From: a bacterium
GTDB lineage: Bacteria; UBA8248
Length of the DNA stretch: 64,000 bases
Assembly (NCBI GenBank): GCA_965213625.1
Contig: CBDBZU010000004.1
Location: 192,001-256,000, forward strand
Reading direction: 5' to 3'
How positions within the stretch are numbered: position 1 is the stretch's first letter; each line of letters starts with the position of its first letter. A model generated the notes under the pieces. That model ran no database searches and had not been told where the DNA came from. It saw only the letters and a program-made list of their open reading frames with translations. The position numbers and the translations under genes were made by a program. This document shows positions 10,095 to 19,835 of the stretch, in pieces.

Positions 10095-10115
10095 GGACTA
10101 CCAAAGGAGTGAACC

Positions 10116-11069
10116 ATGACCGCTATACACGACCACAAGGAGATGAACATGAACGAGCACACGGAACACGAAGCGCAGAACGAATCTTTCACCGCCATGG
10201 TCTGCGAGCAGGCAGCGCTTTTCGGCGCCACGCCAGGGCCGGATGAGTTCGACAACCGCCCCGTGTGGGACGAGGGCGAGGCCACCGCCGCCGTCATCAA
10301 GGCCTTCGGCGCACTCGCGGAAGCAGCGCCCGACGGAACGCAACTTGCGGATGAGCGAAGAAACCTTCTCTGGGGCTTCGTCAACGCCCTGGACGCCCAG
10401 ACACAAAGGCTCGACCGCGCCGCCGACAAACTCATCCCCGGCATCCGCGAACTGCAGCGCGAGCAGGACGGCTCCGAGATCCGCTCGCGTGAACTAGAAC
10501 TCATGACCGACCGGGCCAACAATCTCACGGAACGCAGGGACGCCTTCGAGGGACTCAGGGACACCGCCGCAGAGGCCTACCGCGACCTGACCGGCGAGGT
10601 ATGGCGGCCGAGGCGAGGATCGCACGTCAGCCAGACCGGCAAGCTCACCTCCGCCGTCATCGAGGCGCGCGACTTCCAGCGCGCCAGAAAGGACCGCGAG
10701 AACACGGCTCATCTTCCCCAGGGAACCCTCGTCGCCGTCGCGGGTGGCAAGGAGGCGAACGATGCGGGGAAAATCATCGCGCACCTCGACCGCCTCAAGG
10801 CCAAATACGCCGACGTCGTTCTCGTCCACGGCGGCGGCCCCGGTGCGGAGAAGATAGCGGCGGGATGGGCCGAGAGAAACGGCGTCCACCAGGTCGTCTG
10901 CAAGCCGGATTGGGATGCCCACGGACGGGCCGCTCCCTTCCGGCGCAACGACGAGCTCTTAGCACTCCTCCCCAAGGGCGTGGTCGCGTTCCCGGGCAGC
11001 GGCATCACCGACAACCTCGTCGACAAAGCTAAAACCCTCGGCATACCCGTGCAACGCGTGGCCGCCTGA
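10116..11069 (+). CDS. DUF2493 (YspA/SLOG-fold) protein of conjugative elements
   Basis: C-terminal VAVAGG...VLVHGGGPGAEKIAAGWA...PDWDAHGRAAPFRRND...FPGSGIT. Confidence 0.85.
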   Translation: MTAIHDHKEMNMNEHTEHEAQNESFTAMVCEQAALFGATPGPDEFDNRPVWDEGEATAAVIKAFGALAEAAPDGTQLADERRNLLWGFVNALDAQTQRLDRAADKLIPGIRELQREQDGSEIRSRELELMTDRANNLTERRDAFEGLRDTAAEAYRDLTGEVWRPRRGSHVSQTGKLTSAVIEARDFQRARKDRENTAHLPQGTLVAVAGGKEANDAGKIIAHLDRLKAKYADVVLVHGGGPGAEKIAAGWAERNGVHQVVCKPDWDAHGRAAPFRRNDELLALLPKGVVAFPGSGITDNLVDKAKTLGIPVQRVAA

Positions 11070-11320
11070 TGCGAACACTCCTCGGGTCGCGTCGCCACCC
11101 CGCCCGGTGGCGTCGCGGCCCGTTGCGTCTCATTGAGCAACGCTTGCGCCGCTTGCGCCGGCAACGATGAAAACTCCGCTGGTCTTGCCGCAGGAACATC
11201 TCCCCGCATTTGCTCCTACCGCTCAATCGCCGCGGCGGCTCCCGCTCGCCATTCTCTCCGGCAAGTTTCCCCCATCATCTGTTCTCACGAACTCGACCAT
11301 CTGACGCCCTTCGGCGCTTC

Positions 11321-11339
11321 GGGTTACACACCAGACGCA
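11321..11339 (-). other. Candidate MOBF-type oriT nick site
   Basis: Minus strand TGCGTCTGGTGTGTAACCC resembles the F/R388 TGCGT...GT^ nic motifs. It lies between the leading-region-like genes and an RHH gene. Confidence 0.35.
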
Positions 11340-11728
11340 TCGCTGATGCAGGTATCGCTGTGGCCACGAATGTCCACGTTCCCCTGCGCCTCTTTTTATG
11401 GGTCGTGCCCCCGTGCGTCCCCGTCGCGCCGGGAAATGCAATACCAATCTGGTGGCGCACATATCTTTTTGAAATCACGGCACTTAAAACATGGCGTATG
11501 CTATTTGTAATACGGCTGGTATCAGGGCGTTTCCTGCAGATACCAAATTGGTGGTGCTCAGACCTGCGCTACGCTATGATGAATACCGATTTGGTATTAC
11601 CGAACTCCGGCATCGATTCGAGAACTTCCCGGTTCGAGACGAGCGAATTCGGTGAATGGAAACGAGAATTTACCGATCGTTTTGGACCGGCATCGATGAA
11701 TATCTTCGAGAAAGGAGCGGCAAAACGA

Positions 11729-12055
11729 ATGGCGCAGACGACACAGAAGAACATCCGTTTCACGTCCGAGGAGTGGAAACGCGTCGAAAAAGAGGCACGG
11801 GAGCGGGATATTTCGCCAAACCGACTGGTGGTCGAGCTTACAATGGAGGGCCTGGAGCGTCGGGAATGGCCCCGAACGGAAGCCGAAATCCACCTGTTGC
11901 GCTCTACGATGTTCACCGCACAGGCCATCATTCGCGACATGGAGAAGGACGGACGAGATGAAGAGATCGATCAAATCAGCAGAAACATCTCCGAAGTCGC
12001 GCCGGAATTGCCAAATGAACGAACTAAAATCGACCAGGATCGGTCACAAACGTGA
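11729..12055 (+). CDS. Ribbon-helix-helix protein (relaxosome-accessory-like)
   Basis: AAAGGAG SD; MAQTTQKNIRFTSEEWKRVEKEARERDISPNRLVVELT fits a beta-alpha-alpha pattern. Confidence 0.65.
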   Translation: MAQTTQKNIRFTSEEWKRVEKEARERDISPNRLVVELTMEGLERREWPRTEAEIHLLRSTMFTAQAIIRDMEKDGRDEEIDQISRNISEVAPELPNERTKIDQDRSQT

Positions 12056-12302
12056 GGTTCCACGGACGATAATGGATAAATTTTCCGTGTAGAATCTTTC
12101 CGTGCCAACAAAAAAGCAGAAAACTATCAACTCCGGCAGAAGTGCTTTTCCTATGTTAGATTCTTGATAATATTGCGTGGGCTGGGTCTCATGGCCTAAG
12201 GGGACAAGCTGCCACATAGTCTGTGGCGCATTGTTTCGCATCACTCAACTGGTGTATTTCCTCTTATATGTTAACAACCTCCGAACATCCTTGCCAAGTA
12301 TG

Positions 12303-12331
12303 TTGACTTTCAGCCCATAAAGTAATATTTT
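12303..12331 (+). promoter_or_regulatory. Sigma70-like promoter facing the 3' end of the hsd-DUF3800 operon
   Basis: TTGACT-N17-TATTTT. Confidence 0.5.
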
Positions 12332-12336
12332 TTGTA

Positions 12337-12400
12337 TGTCTCACCTGCCATGTGTAGGAGGAGCATTCGAGGCCGCTCAAGTTCACTTGGGCGGCTTCAG
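12337..12400 (+). ncRNA. Two-hairpin small RNA convergent with the DUF3800 operon (DUF3800-associated RNA candidate)
   Basis: Hairpins CTCACCTGC-CATGT-GTAGGAGGAG and GAGGCCGCTCAAG-TTCA-CTTGGGCGGCTTC. Non-WC positions are G.U pairs on the + strand only, and a promoter lies directly upstream. Confidence 0.55.
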
Positions 12401-12874
12401 CTATATTGGTTTCTCTTCGGCAACCCGATAGGCATCGCGTTCTTTCTGAAGTTGTCTTATCCGGCCACTCTTCTCAGTGCAATACGCGGTCTTGAGCAAC
12501 CAATAGTTGGGACGTTGCGTGAGCACGACGAGATATTCCTCATGATACCAGAGTAGCGTATTCACCTCGGTGCCGCGTCTATTCTGCCATTCGTTAATTC
12601 CTGGGTGCTCGACACCGTTTTCAATCACCCATCGCACCCATCTAAGACGCTCGCATCGCCGCAAATTTGGGAGTCGATCATCCTCTATGCGTCCTTCTTG
12701 TAATAAATGCCAAAATGAAGCCCAACGCCCCGCAGTTTCCGGATATCGGCGGCAACCGACACGAAGGCCGCGAAACTGCAACCCTCTTGAGATTTCCTCG
12801 ATGAAGATGAGGTGGAGTTTCCTTTCATAAGCAGTCCAATCCCCGTCGAAATACAACAGGTCGGGCGGCGTCAT
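12401..12874 (-). CDS. Conserved protein of the phage-P1-related type found with DUF3800 in R-M operons
   Basis: SFWHLLQEG...RLPNLRRCERLRWVRWVIEN...YLVVL...LLKTAY; ATGA overlap with DUF3800. Confidence 0.7.
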   Translation of the reverse strand: MTPPDLLYFDGDWTAYERKLHLIFIEEISRGLQFRGLRVGCRRYPETAGRWASFWHLLQEGRIEDDRLPNLRRCERLRWVRWVIENGVEHPGINEWQNRRGTEVNTLLWYHEEYLVVLTQRPNYWLLKTAYCTEKSGRIRQLQKERDAYRVAEEKPI

Positions 12875-13590
12875 CCTGCCGCTTCCCTTGACGACCAGAT
12901 CAGAATGTTGAATTTGACGGCCTTGAAAGCGGATGTGTTGGTTAAAACATTTAGCCCCAGACTCTCGCGCAACCGCGTTAAGATAGCCATCTTCGCCGAG
13001 CTACCGACAAGTTCCCGGTTCGCATAAGTAAGCGCACCGACCAGAATGTCACCAATTTGCAACAACTCACTTTCATGCGAGCGTACCTGTTGCACACGCT
13101 CGATGACTTCGCGATCGAAATCATGAAGACTGTTAGCCAAGATTTCGTGCAACATGCGGGTCTTCGGCCCGCCGTGTGTATCTTTGACGTCGAGATAGAT
13201 GTGATAGCGGTGCGTCGCAGTGAAGAGTGGGCGTAGCATCGTAAAGTACATCTTGTAGTACCAGTCGTCGTGTGACTGGTTGAATGTATTGTGTTTCAAG
13301 CGCCTTTTGTCCGGAACAACAAGCCCGCGAAAGCGAAGCCGTTTATCGGCTAAGAACAGATCCACCAGAGCCAGATAAAATTCAGTTTTGGCTGGCGAGA
13401 CTTTTGTCCACTTCGCTTCAAAGTCAGGAGCGAGGCCGTGTTCGATTTTCAAAATTCTTATGCATTCCGACAATTCCCGGACAACATGTGCCTCGCAAGA
13501 AATCGCACCCCAAGCCATGACGGGAATACCATCGCGTTCCATATGGCAGCTTTCGTCACAATAGACGTTGAACAGGCGAGGCTCGGTCAT
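12871..13590 (-). CDS. DUF3800-family protein (RNase H-like acidic motif)
   Basis: NVYCDESCH at the N-terminus, EAKWTKVS, and SHESELLQIGDILVGAL; ATGA overlap with the hsdS stop. Confidence 0.85.
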   Translation of the reverse strand: MTEPRLFNVYCDESCHMERDGIPVMAWGAISCEAHVVRELSECIRILKIEHGLAPDFEAKWTKVSPAKTEFYLALVDLFLADKRLRFRGLVVPDKRRLKHNTFNQSHDDWYYKMYFTMLRPLFTATHRYHIYLDVKDTHGGPKTRMLHEILANSLHDFDREVIERVQQVRSHESELLQIGDILVGALTYANRELVGSSAKMAILTRLRESLGLNVLTNTSAFKAVKFNILIWSSREAAG

Positions 13591-15245
13591 TCTGCTAATT
13601 CCATCTTGTGGAAGGAGTCGAGGGCCTCGGCTAGTAGGGCATCGAGCAGGCGGCTTCGGGTTTCTTCCCCGCTGGCGAGGTTCGCTTCGAGTTCGTCGCA
13701 CAGCGCCATCAGTTCATCCACCTTGGCGACGATGCGGTGTTGTTCGGCGAGGGGTGGGAGGGGGAAGGGAGAACCTGCAAAATAGTCTAGCGGTACGCGC
13801 TTTTGACCAGCCGTTCCGGTCATCTTCGATATGCCTGTTTCAATAAAATTAGGGCTCTTTAGAAAGAGCAAAATGTATTCGGGATTTATTAGAAGAGGTC
13901 GGACTATGTGTAGCTCGGTCGTTCCACTACCGATGCCACCGGTGAGGTTATGAAATACGGTTGATTTTCCGTTCTCAAAACACGGAGTGATCTTGGCCAG
14001 TCCCACATCGCCCTCAGCAAAGTGAGTGTAGCCTTTCCTAATGCTACTCCACACCCGTGGCTCATGCTCGTTAAGTACACCGTATTCGGCAAAGATCATC
14101 GGCATTGGTATAAAAGACGCCATATGGTCTGCTGGCGCATTATTTCGTGGATTGATTACGCCAAGGTGAGTGATCTGACTCCATACCCAGCCTTGGGGGA
14201 GAGGTGAAGCAAGCTCATCCGGATCGAGTGTTGTAATAATTCTTGGCTTTTTAATCTCTCCCGCTTTCACCAGTCGTGCTTTCTCAGCCGCTATCCGCTT
14301 CAATAATTCCAAAGCCGGTTCGTCGTTCGGGTCCTGCTCCACCAGCTTGCCGCGCACGGCGAGGTTGAGGATGGTCCGGCGCAGTTGTTTTATCTGGTAG
14401 GGGCGTTTTGTGAGGGCGGGGAGCGCATTCAGCGCGAAGCGGGCGTCGTCACGGAAGGTTTCAGGATCGGGTTCGTTCAGGCAGGCGAAGCTCGCCGCCG
14501 CCAGCCGCTCCCGCTTCGTTTCCCGCTCGGCCTGCGCCGCCTCCAGTTCGTCGCATAGCGCCATCAATTCATCCACTTTGGCGACGATGCGGTATTGTTC
14601 GGCGAGGGGTGGTAGGGGAATGAAAGAAGCCTTCAGCAGTTTGAAATGGCGACCATACCCTCGATTTTCAAGTGGAAGCCATTGGAGAGCAAGAAAATAA
14701 TATGGTGTGTGAATAGAGATTGGTTGTAACAGTTTGACGCCATCTGCTCCCACAATGAAATCGAAATCTATCAATTTCGTTTCACGAGTATGATCTCCGA
14801 AAAGTACAATGGGTTCTTTGACACGGATTACTTTGTTGTCGTCGTTGTGATACCCCCGTATTAGCATTTTCCCCTGATCCACTACTGGAAATTTGCCAGT
14901 CTCAACTACATCCTTTGTTTTAATTTTTTTGCCTTTATCCGAGATTATGAAACAGGGATAAGTTGAAGGGCACCAATTCCATGAATTAGGCAAGCTAAAA
15001 GGTATTTCGGTTAAGTCGAGGGCCTGAAACTTAGCCTGTTGTTGACTGATCTTTTTTTCCTTAACTAATTGCTCTTTCTCCGCCGTAATCCGCTTTAACA
15101 ATTCCTCCGCCGGTTCGTCGTTCGGGTCTTGTTCCACAAGTTTCCCCCGCACGGCGAGGTCGAGGATAAGCCGTCGGAGGCGGGGTATCGCGCTGGGGGC
15201 GTCGGCGACCCGCTCGAAATGGGCGAGAAGGCGAACGGCGTTCAT
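13587..15245 (-). CDS. hsdS: Type I R-M specificity subunit
   Basis: Duplicated ILxLAVRGKLVEQDPNDEPA and PLPPLAEQxRIVAKVDELMALCDELEA segments flanking two TRDs. Confidence 0.95.
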   Translation of the reverse strand: MNAVRLLAHFERVADAPSAIPRLRRLILDLAVRGKLVEQDPNDEPAEELLKRITAEKEQLVKEKKISQQQAKFQALDLTEIPFSLPNSWNWCPSTYPCFIISDKGKKIKTKDVVETGKFPVVDQGKMLIRGYHNDDNKVIRVKEPIVLFGDHTRETKLIDFDFIVGADGVKLLQPISIHTPYYFLALQWLPLENRGYGRHFKLLKASFIPLPPLAEQYRIVAKVDELMALCDELEAAQAERETKRERLAAASFACLNEPDPETFRDDARFALNALPALTKRPYQIKQLRRTILNLAVRGKLVEQDPNDEPALELLKRIAAEKARLVKAGEIKKPRIITTLDPDELASPLPQGWVWSQITHLGVINPRNNAPADHMASFIPMPMIFAEYGVLNEHEPRVWSSIRKGYTHFAEGDVGLAKITPCFENGKSTVFHNLTGGIGSGTTELHIVRPLLINPEYILLFLKSPNFIETGISKMTGTAGQKRVPLDYFAGSPFPLPPLAEQHRIVAKVDELMALCDELEANLASGEETRSRLLDALLAEALDSFHKMELAE

Positions 15246-16696
15246 CGCGTGAGCGCCTCACTCAGAGCCGTTTTGAGTTTATTCTGCAGGTTCGTCGTTT
15301 TGGCCTCGGCGGCATCGAGTTTTTCGAGCAATTCTTCCGGGTCGCCGTGGTCCACCTCGGTCGTGTGCGGATTCTTGAAGTCGAGGTTGTAGCCGCGCGA
15401 CTTCACTTCTTCCGCCGTAACCTTCCAGGCGTGCTCCGTCACTTCGCGGCCCTTGCGTTTTTTCCCGCCCCACCAGTCGATGCAGGTTTGTAAGTGCTTG
15501 AAACGGATCGGTTTAGTTTTGGAATAAGCTTTTTGGTTTTCGGGCACAAGGTGCTCGTAAAACCAGATTTCCTTGGTTGGCTCTCCTTTATCAAAAAACA
15601 GCAGGTTAGTGGCTACTGAAGCGTACGGCTTAAAGACGGAATCCGGCAGGCGGACAATGGTGTGAAGATTGCATTCTGCCATCAGGTGTTCCTTGAGTCG
15701 AGTCTCGACATTTTCACCAAACATGAAGCCGTCGGGCATTACCACGGCGGCGCGCCCACCCGGCTTGAGCAGGCGGATGATGAGGGCGAGAAACAGATCC
15801 GCCGTCTCCTTCGTGCGGAAGCGCTGCGGGAAGTTGTTCTCGATTCCGTCCTCTTCCTTGCCGTTGAAGGGGGGATTAGTGAGCACTACGTCCACACGGT
15901 CCCCGCTCCCCCAGTCGGTGTAGGGTCACGACAGTGTGTTGTCGTAGCGGACGAAGTTGGGGACTTCGATATCATGCAGCAGCATGTTGGTGACGCAGAG
16001 CATCTGGGGAAACGGCTTTTTCTCATATGCGCGCAGGGCCGCCTGCATGGTCTGCTCGTCTTCGGGGCGCCTCACATAGCGTTCGCGCATGTGGCGCAGC
16101 GCGCAGGTCAGGAAGCCGCCCGTGCCGCAGGCGGGGTCGAGGAGAATTTCGCCGGGTTTCGGGTCGATGCGATCCGCCATGAAGGCGGTGACGCCTCGTG
16201 GCGTGTAGACTTCTCCCGAGTGTTTCTCTTGCAAGTCGTTCAGAATCTGCTCGTATATGTCGCCGAAGTGCTGGCGCTCGCTCAGATTCTTGAAGTCGAC
16301 TTCGTTTATCTTGTTTATCACCTGGCGCATCAGTTGGCCCGATTTCATGAAGTTGTGGGCGTCCTGGAATACCTCGCGCACCACGCGGCGACGCTCGTTT
16401 GCTGGACCCGTCGGAGGCAAGTTCTTAAGAGAGGGGAAGAGGTCGTTGTCGATGAAGGTGAGAAGTTCATCTCCGGTTCTGCCTTCCGGGTTTGCCGCCC
16501 ATGCGCCCCATCGGTAGTGCGCCGGTATCGGTGAGGCGTAACCCTCTCGCATCAGCTCGAGTTCCTGGTCCTGATCGTCGATGATCTTGAGAAAGAACAT
16601 CCAGCAAAGCTGCTCGATGCGCTGGGCGTCCCCGTTCACGCCCGCGTCCCGGCGCATGATGTCCTGAATGGATTTGACGAGGGTGCGGACGGTCAT
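15242..16696 (-). pseudogene. hsdM: Type I R-M methyltransferase interrupted by an in-frame TGA at 15926-15928
   Basis: YTPR and DPACGTGGFL in the upstream part, TNPPF in the downstream part. Both parts are in one frame: ...DNTLS*PYTDWGSGDRVDVVLTNPPF. Confidence 0.9.
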
Positions 16697-16699
16697 GGT

Positions 16700-19063
16700 C
16701 TATGCGCTCTCCCGGTACAGGGCGGATTGAAGTTCTCGGGCGGCGCGCTCGAAGTCCCCGAGGTCTCCGAAGGATTTGACAAGTTCATAGGGCGTGCCGA
16801 GCGTCGTGAAAGGGAGGACTTTGAGGACTTCGGGGTCGTTCAGATCAAGGACGCCGTCGTCCGCGTATTTGTCAAGCAGGGCGCTCAGCACCGCGCGGGC
16901 CCGTTCCCCGTATCTGGCGAATACGTCACGCTTCTTCACGTTCGCGGCCCGTTCGCGGCGGGTGAGTGGCCTGGCGTCGAAGGCCACGTGGCAGATGAGG
17001 TCGAAGGGATCCAGGTTTTTCCCCACTTCATCGGCCAGCGAATCAAGCAGGAGACCCTCGGCTTCGAGTTCCTCGATTATCGCCGTCTTGCGCTCCGCCG
17101 CATCCCAGCGTCTCAGGAAATCGTCGAGGTTGGCGAAGCGCTTCTTGAGCGCCTTTCGGATGAAATCGCGCAGCGACTCGGTGATGAGCCTGCCGTTTGC
17201 GTCAAGATACTGCACGCGCTCGGCGATGATGGTCGCGCTTACGCCGTCCACGTAGATTTTCTCTCTCACACCGCCATCGGGGGGTGGAGATGGAGCGGGG
17301 TAGGGTGGTTCATCCACGATGGCTTCTTCGTATCCCGGCTCGTAGTCTTCGGAATTATCCGGCGGCGTCATGGGGTCGTCCTCGCCTGGTTCGTAAATCT
17401 GCACCGGCTCGCCGTCAAAATCGGGATCGGCGAAATGGCGGGTCGCGCCGCGAAAATCCATGAGCGTGAAGTAGAATTTTTTATCATCTTCATACACGCG
17501 GGTGCCGCGCCCAACGATCTGTTTGAACTCGGTCATGGAATTGACTTCACGATCAAGCCCGATGAGCCTGCAGGTGCGCACGTCGACGCCGGTCGAAAGC
17601 AGTCGCGAGGTGGTGACCAGAACGGGATATTTCGATTCGGGGTCGATGAAGTTGTCGAGTTCCGCTTTTCCCTCTTGGTCACTTCCGGTGATGCGCATGA
17701 CGTAGCGGTGGTTTTCGTTCACGAGGTCGGTGTTTTCGTTTACGAGCGCTTTCCGCATTCGCGCCGCGTGCTCCTGATCCACGCAGAATATGATGCTTTT
17801 CTGAAAACGCTCGCCGCTTTCTCTCAAGAATTGCGAGACCTTGCGGGCGACGAGCTTCGTCCGTTCGTCCAGCACCAGATTGCGGTCGAAATCCTTCGTG
17901 TTGTAGATGCGATCCTCAATCTCTTCGCCGAAACGGTCGAGTTGCCCCGGCTCGGGGCGATAGCCCTCCACGTCGCGGTCGATGTGCACACGTACGACCT
18001 TGTAGGGCGCGAGGAAGCCGTCCTGAATGCCTTGTTTCAGGGAATAGGTATAAACGGGTTCCCCGAAGTAGTGAATGTTGGAGTCGTAGTTCGTCTCCTT
18101 CGGCGTCGCTGTGAGGCCGATTTGCGTAGCGGAGGAGAAGTAATCGAGAATCTCCCGCCACGCGGCATCCTCAGCGGCGCTGCCGCGGTGGCACTCGTCT
18201 ATCACAATGAGGTCAAAAAAACCGGGCGAGAACTTGTGAAAAATCTTCTGGTGCTCCTCCGGCCCGGTGATCGCCTGATAGAGGCTGAGATAGATTTCGT
18301 AGGAGTGGTCGATTCGGTGGTTGGTTATCTTGGTCATCGCGCCGCCGAAGGGCTTGAAATCGTTGATCCTTGCCTGGTCGACCAGCACGTTGCGATCCGC
18401 CAGGAACAGAATGCGCTTATTGCGGCCCGCCTTCCAAAGCCGCCAGATGATCTGAAAGGCGGTGTAGGTCTTACCGGTCCCGGTCGCCATGACCAGCAGG
18501 ATGCGGTCCCGGCCCTTAGCGATGGCCTCCATCGCGGCGTTGATGGCGTTGATCTGGTAGTAGCGCGGGCGCTTCTCGCCGCCGTCTTCGTGATAATCCT
18601 GCAAGACGACGCTCTCGGCTTCGGGTGTCAGGCCCTTCCATGCGCTATAGCGCGCCCACAAATCATCGGGCGAGGGGAAGGAATCGTTGTCGAGAACCGT
18701 TTCCCGCTCCGCATCCGTCCTCGTTTTGTCATGAAAAGAGAAGCCGTCCCCGTTCGAGGAGAAGACGAAGGGAACGTCGGCCATCTCCGCATATTCGAGC
18801 GCCTGCTGCATTCCGTCGCCTATTGAGTGTTTATTGTCCTTCGCCTCGATGACTGCGAGCCGGATGTTGGGCTTGTATTCGAGGATGTAGTCGGCCCGCT
18901 TGCTCTTGCCCCGGCTCACCAGCCTGCCGCGCACGTTGATGCGGCCGTCCGTAAGGCGCACGTCCTCGCGCATCTGCGTCATCTTGTCCCACCCGGCCGC
19001 GAGAATGGCCGGTGTGATGAACTTCGTGCGTATGTCCTGTTCTGTGAGGCTTTTCTTGTCCAA
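16700..19063 (-). CDS. hsdR: Type I R-M restriction subunit (EcoEI-like)
   Basis: TTG start (LDKKSLTEQDIRTKFITPA); ADY...IEAK nuclease motif; MATGTGKT, DECHRG, QIVGRGTR. Confidence 0.93.
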   Translation of the reverse strand: MDKKSLTEQDIRTKFITPAILAAGWDKMTQMREDVRLTDGRINVRGRLVSRGKSKRADYILEYKPNIRLAVIEAKDNKHSIGDGMQQALEYAEMADVPFVFSSNGDGFSFHDKTRTDAERETVLDNDSFPSPDDLWARYSAWKGLTPEAESVVLQDYHEDGGEKRPRYYQINAINAAMEAIAKGRDRILLVMATGTGKTYTAFQIIWRLWKAGRNKRILFLADRNVLVDQARINDFKPFGGAMTKITNHRIDHSYEIYLSLYQAITGPEEHQKIFHKFSPGFFDLIVIDECHRGSAAEDAAWREILDYFSSATQIGLTATPKETNYDSNIHYFGEPVYTYSLKQGIQDGFLAPYKVVRVHIDRDVEGYRPEPGQLDRFGEEIEDRIYNTKDFDRNLVLDERTKLVARKVSQFLRESGERFQKSIIFCVDQEHAARMRKALVNENTDLVNENHRYVMRITGSDQEGKAELDNFIDPESKYPVLVTTSRLLSTGVDVRTCRLIGLDREVNSMTEFKQIVGRGTRVYEDDKKFYFTLMDFRGATRHFADPDFDGEPVQIYEPGEDDPMTPPDNSEDYEPGYEEAIVDEPPYPAPSPPPDGGVREKIYVDGVSATIIAERVQYLDANGRLITESLRDFIRKALKKRFANLDDFLRRWDAAERKTAIIEELEAEGLLLDSLADEVGKNLDPFDLICHVAFDARPLTRRERAANVKKRDVFARYGERARAVLSALLDKYADDGVLDLNDPEVLKVLPFTTLGTPYELVKSFGDLGDFERAARELQSALYRESA

Positions 19064-19317
19064 TCGACGGGTCCTCTGGCTTGGGTCATTGCGATGTTGG
19101 AGCATGAAGGGCGGGATCGTCAAGATGGGGAGGTGTTCGCCCGCCGAGAGCACCGACGATGGAGCAATACCGCGACATGGCGGTGAGGCGGTGACGGTTG
19201 CCAGCGCATGGCGGCGTCCGCGCGAGCTTGCGGTGGGCTGCGCCGGGTGGTCTGATCCGCCCGAAGCGGCGCCAGTCAGATGTCGACGACGAGAATGTGT
19301 CGGTCTCGGCTGTAGCG

Positions 19318-19500
19318 AGCCATGGATCAATATCCCCCACCTCGGCTTCCACCTCCTCGCGATCGTCCGCAGGCGCCTGCCCGGGGGCGCTATAGCGTCA
19401 CCCTCGTGCTCATCGAGACCTTCGTCGAGACGCCCCGCTACACCGGCACAGGGCTTCGGGGTGGATCCGCGTCGGTATGGACCAGGGACGTGGACGCTAG
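19318..19500 (+). pseudogene. DUF4338-like gene remnant with frameshifts
   Basis: PWINIPHLGFHLLAIVRRRLP, then YSVTLVLIETFVETPRYTG, then ASGWIRVGMDQGRGR in shifted frames. Confidence 0.6.
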
Positions 19501-19835
19501 CAGCCTGTCTCTTACGCGCGCTCACGGCAAAGCTTCTTGAACGAACCTGTCGGTTGAGGAACCGAGTGCGTCAATCGCGCACGCTCGGGTCTGTGGGGGG
19601 CGGGGTGCAGAAATGCCCCCGCCTACCCGGCCCCCGACACGAACTTCCTAGTATACGCACGAGTTGTAATGAACCCGCTTTCGGCTTGATTATGGGTTGG
19701 GGAAGGTGAACTCCATCGGAAATAGATAACTGCAATTATATCAATTCCATAAATTGATTTCACTTCCGCTGGAAACCCCCACTGCCTGAAAACGGGCGCA
19801 ATAAGAAGTGGAGAGTGTAGTGCCCTTGAACAAAT

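Noticed and set aside
15926-15928. Selenocysteine or recoded TGA in hsdM
   Set aside because: The position corresponds to a non-catalytic Arg-type site, and TGA is used as a normal stop throughout the window.
16727-18826. 699-aa + strand ORF, and similar long ORFs such as 2353-3858, 33771-35492 and 50153-51400
   Set aside because: Antisense shadows of well-supported genes in high-GC DNA, with no motifs.
19064-19525. 154-aa N-terminal extension of HsdR in the ORF track
   Set aside because: Similarity to HsdR starts at TTG 19063, and the extension overlaps a DUF4338 remnant on the other strand.
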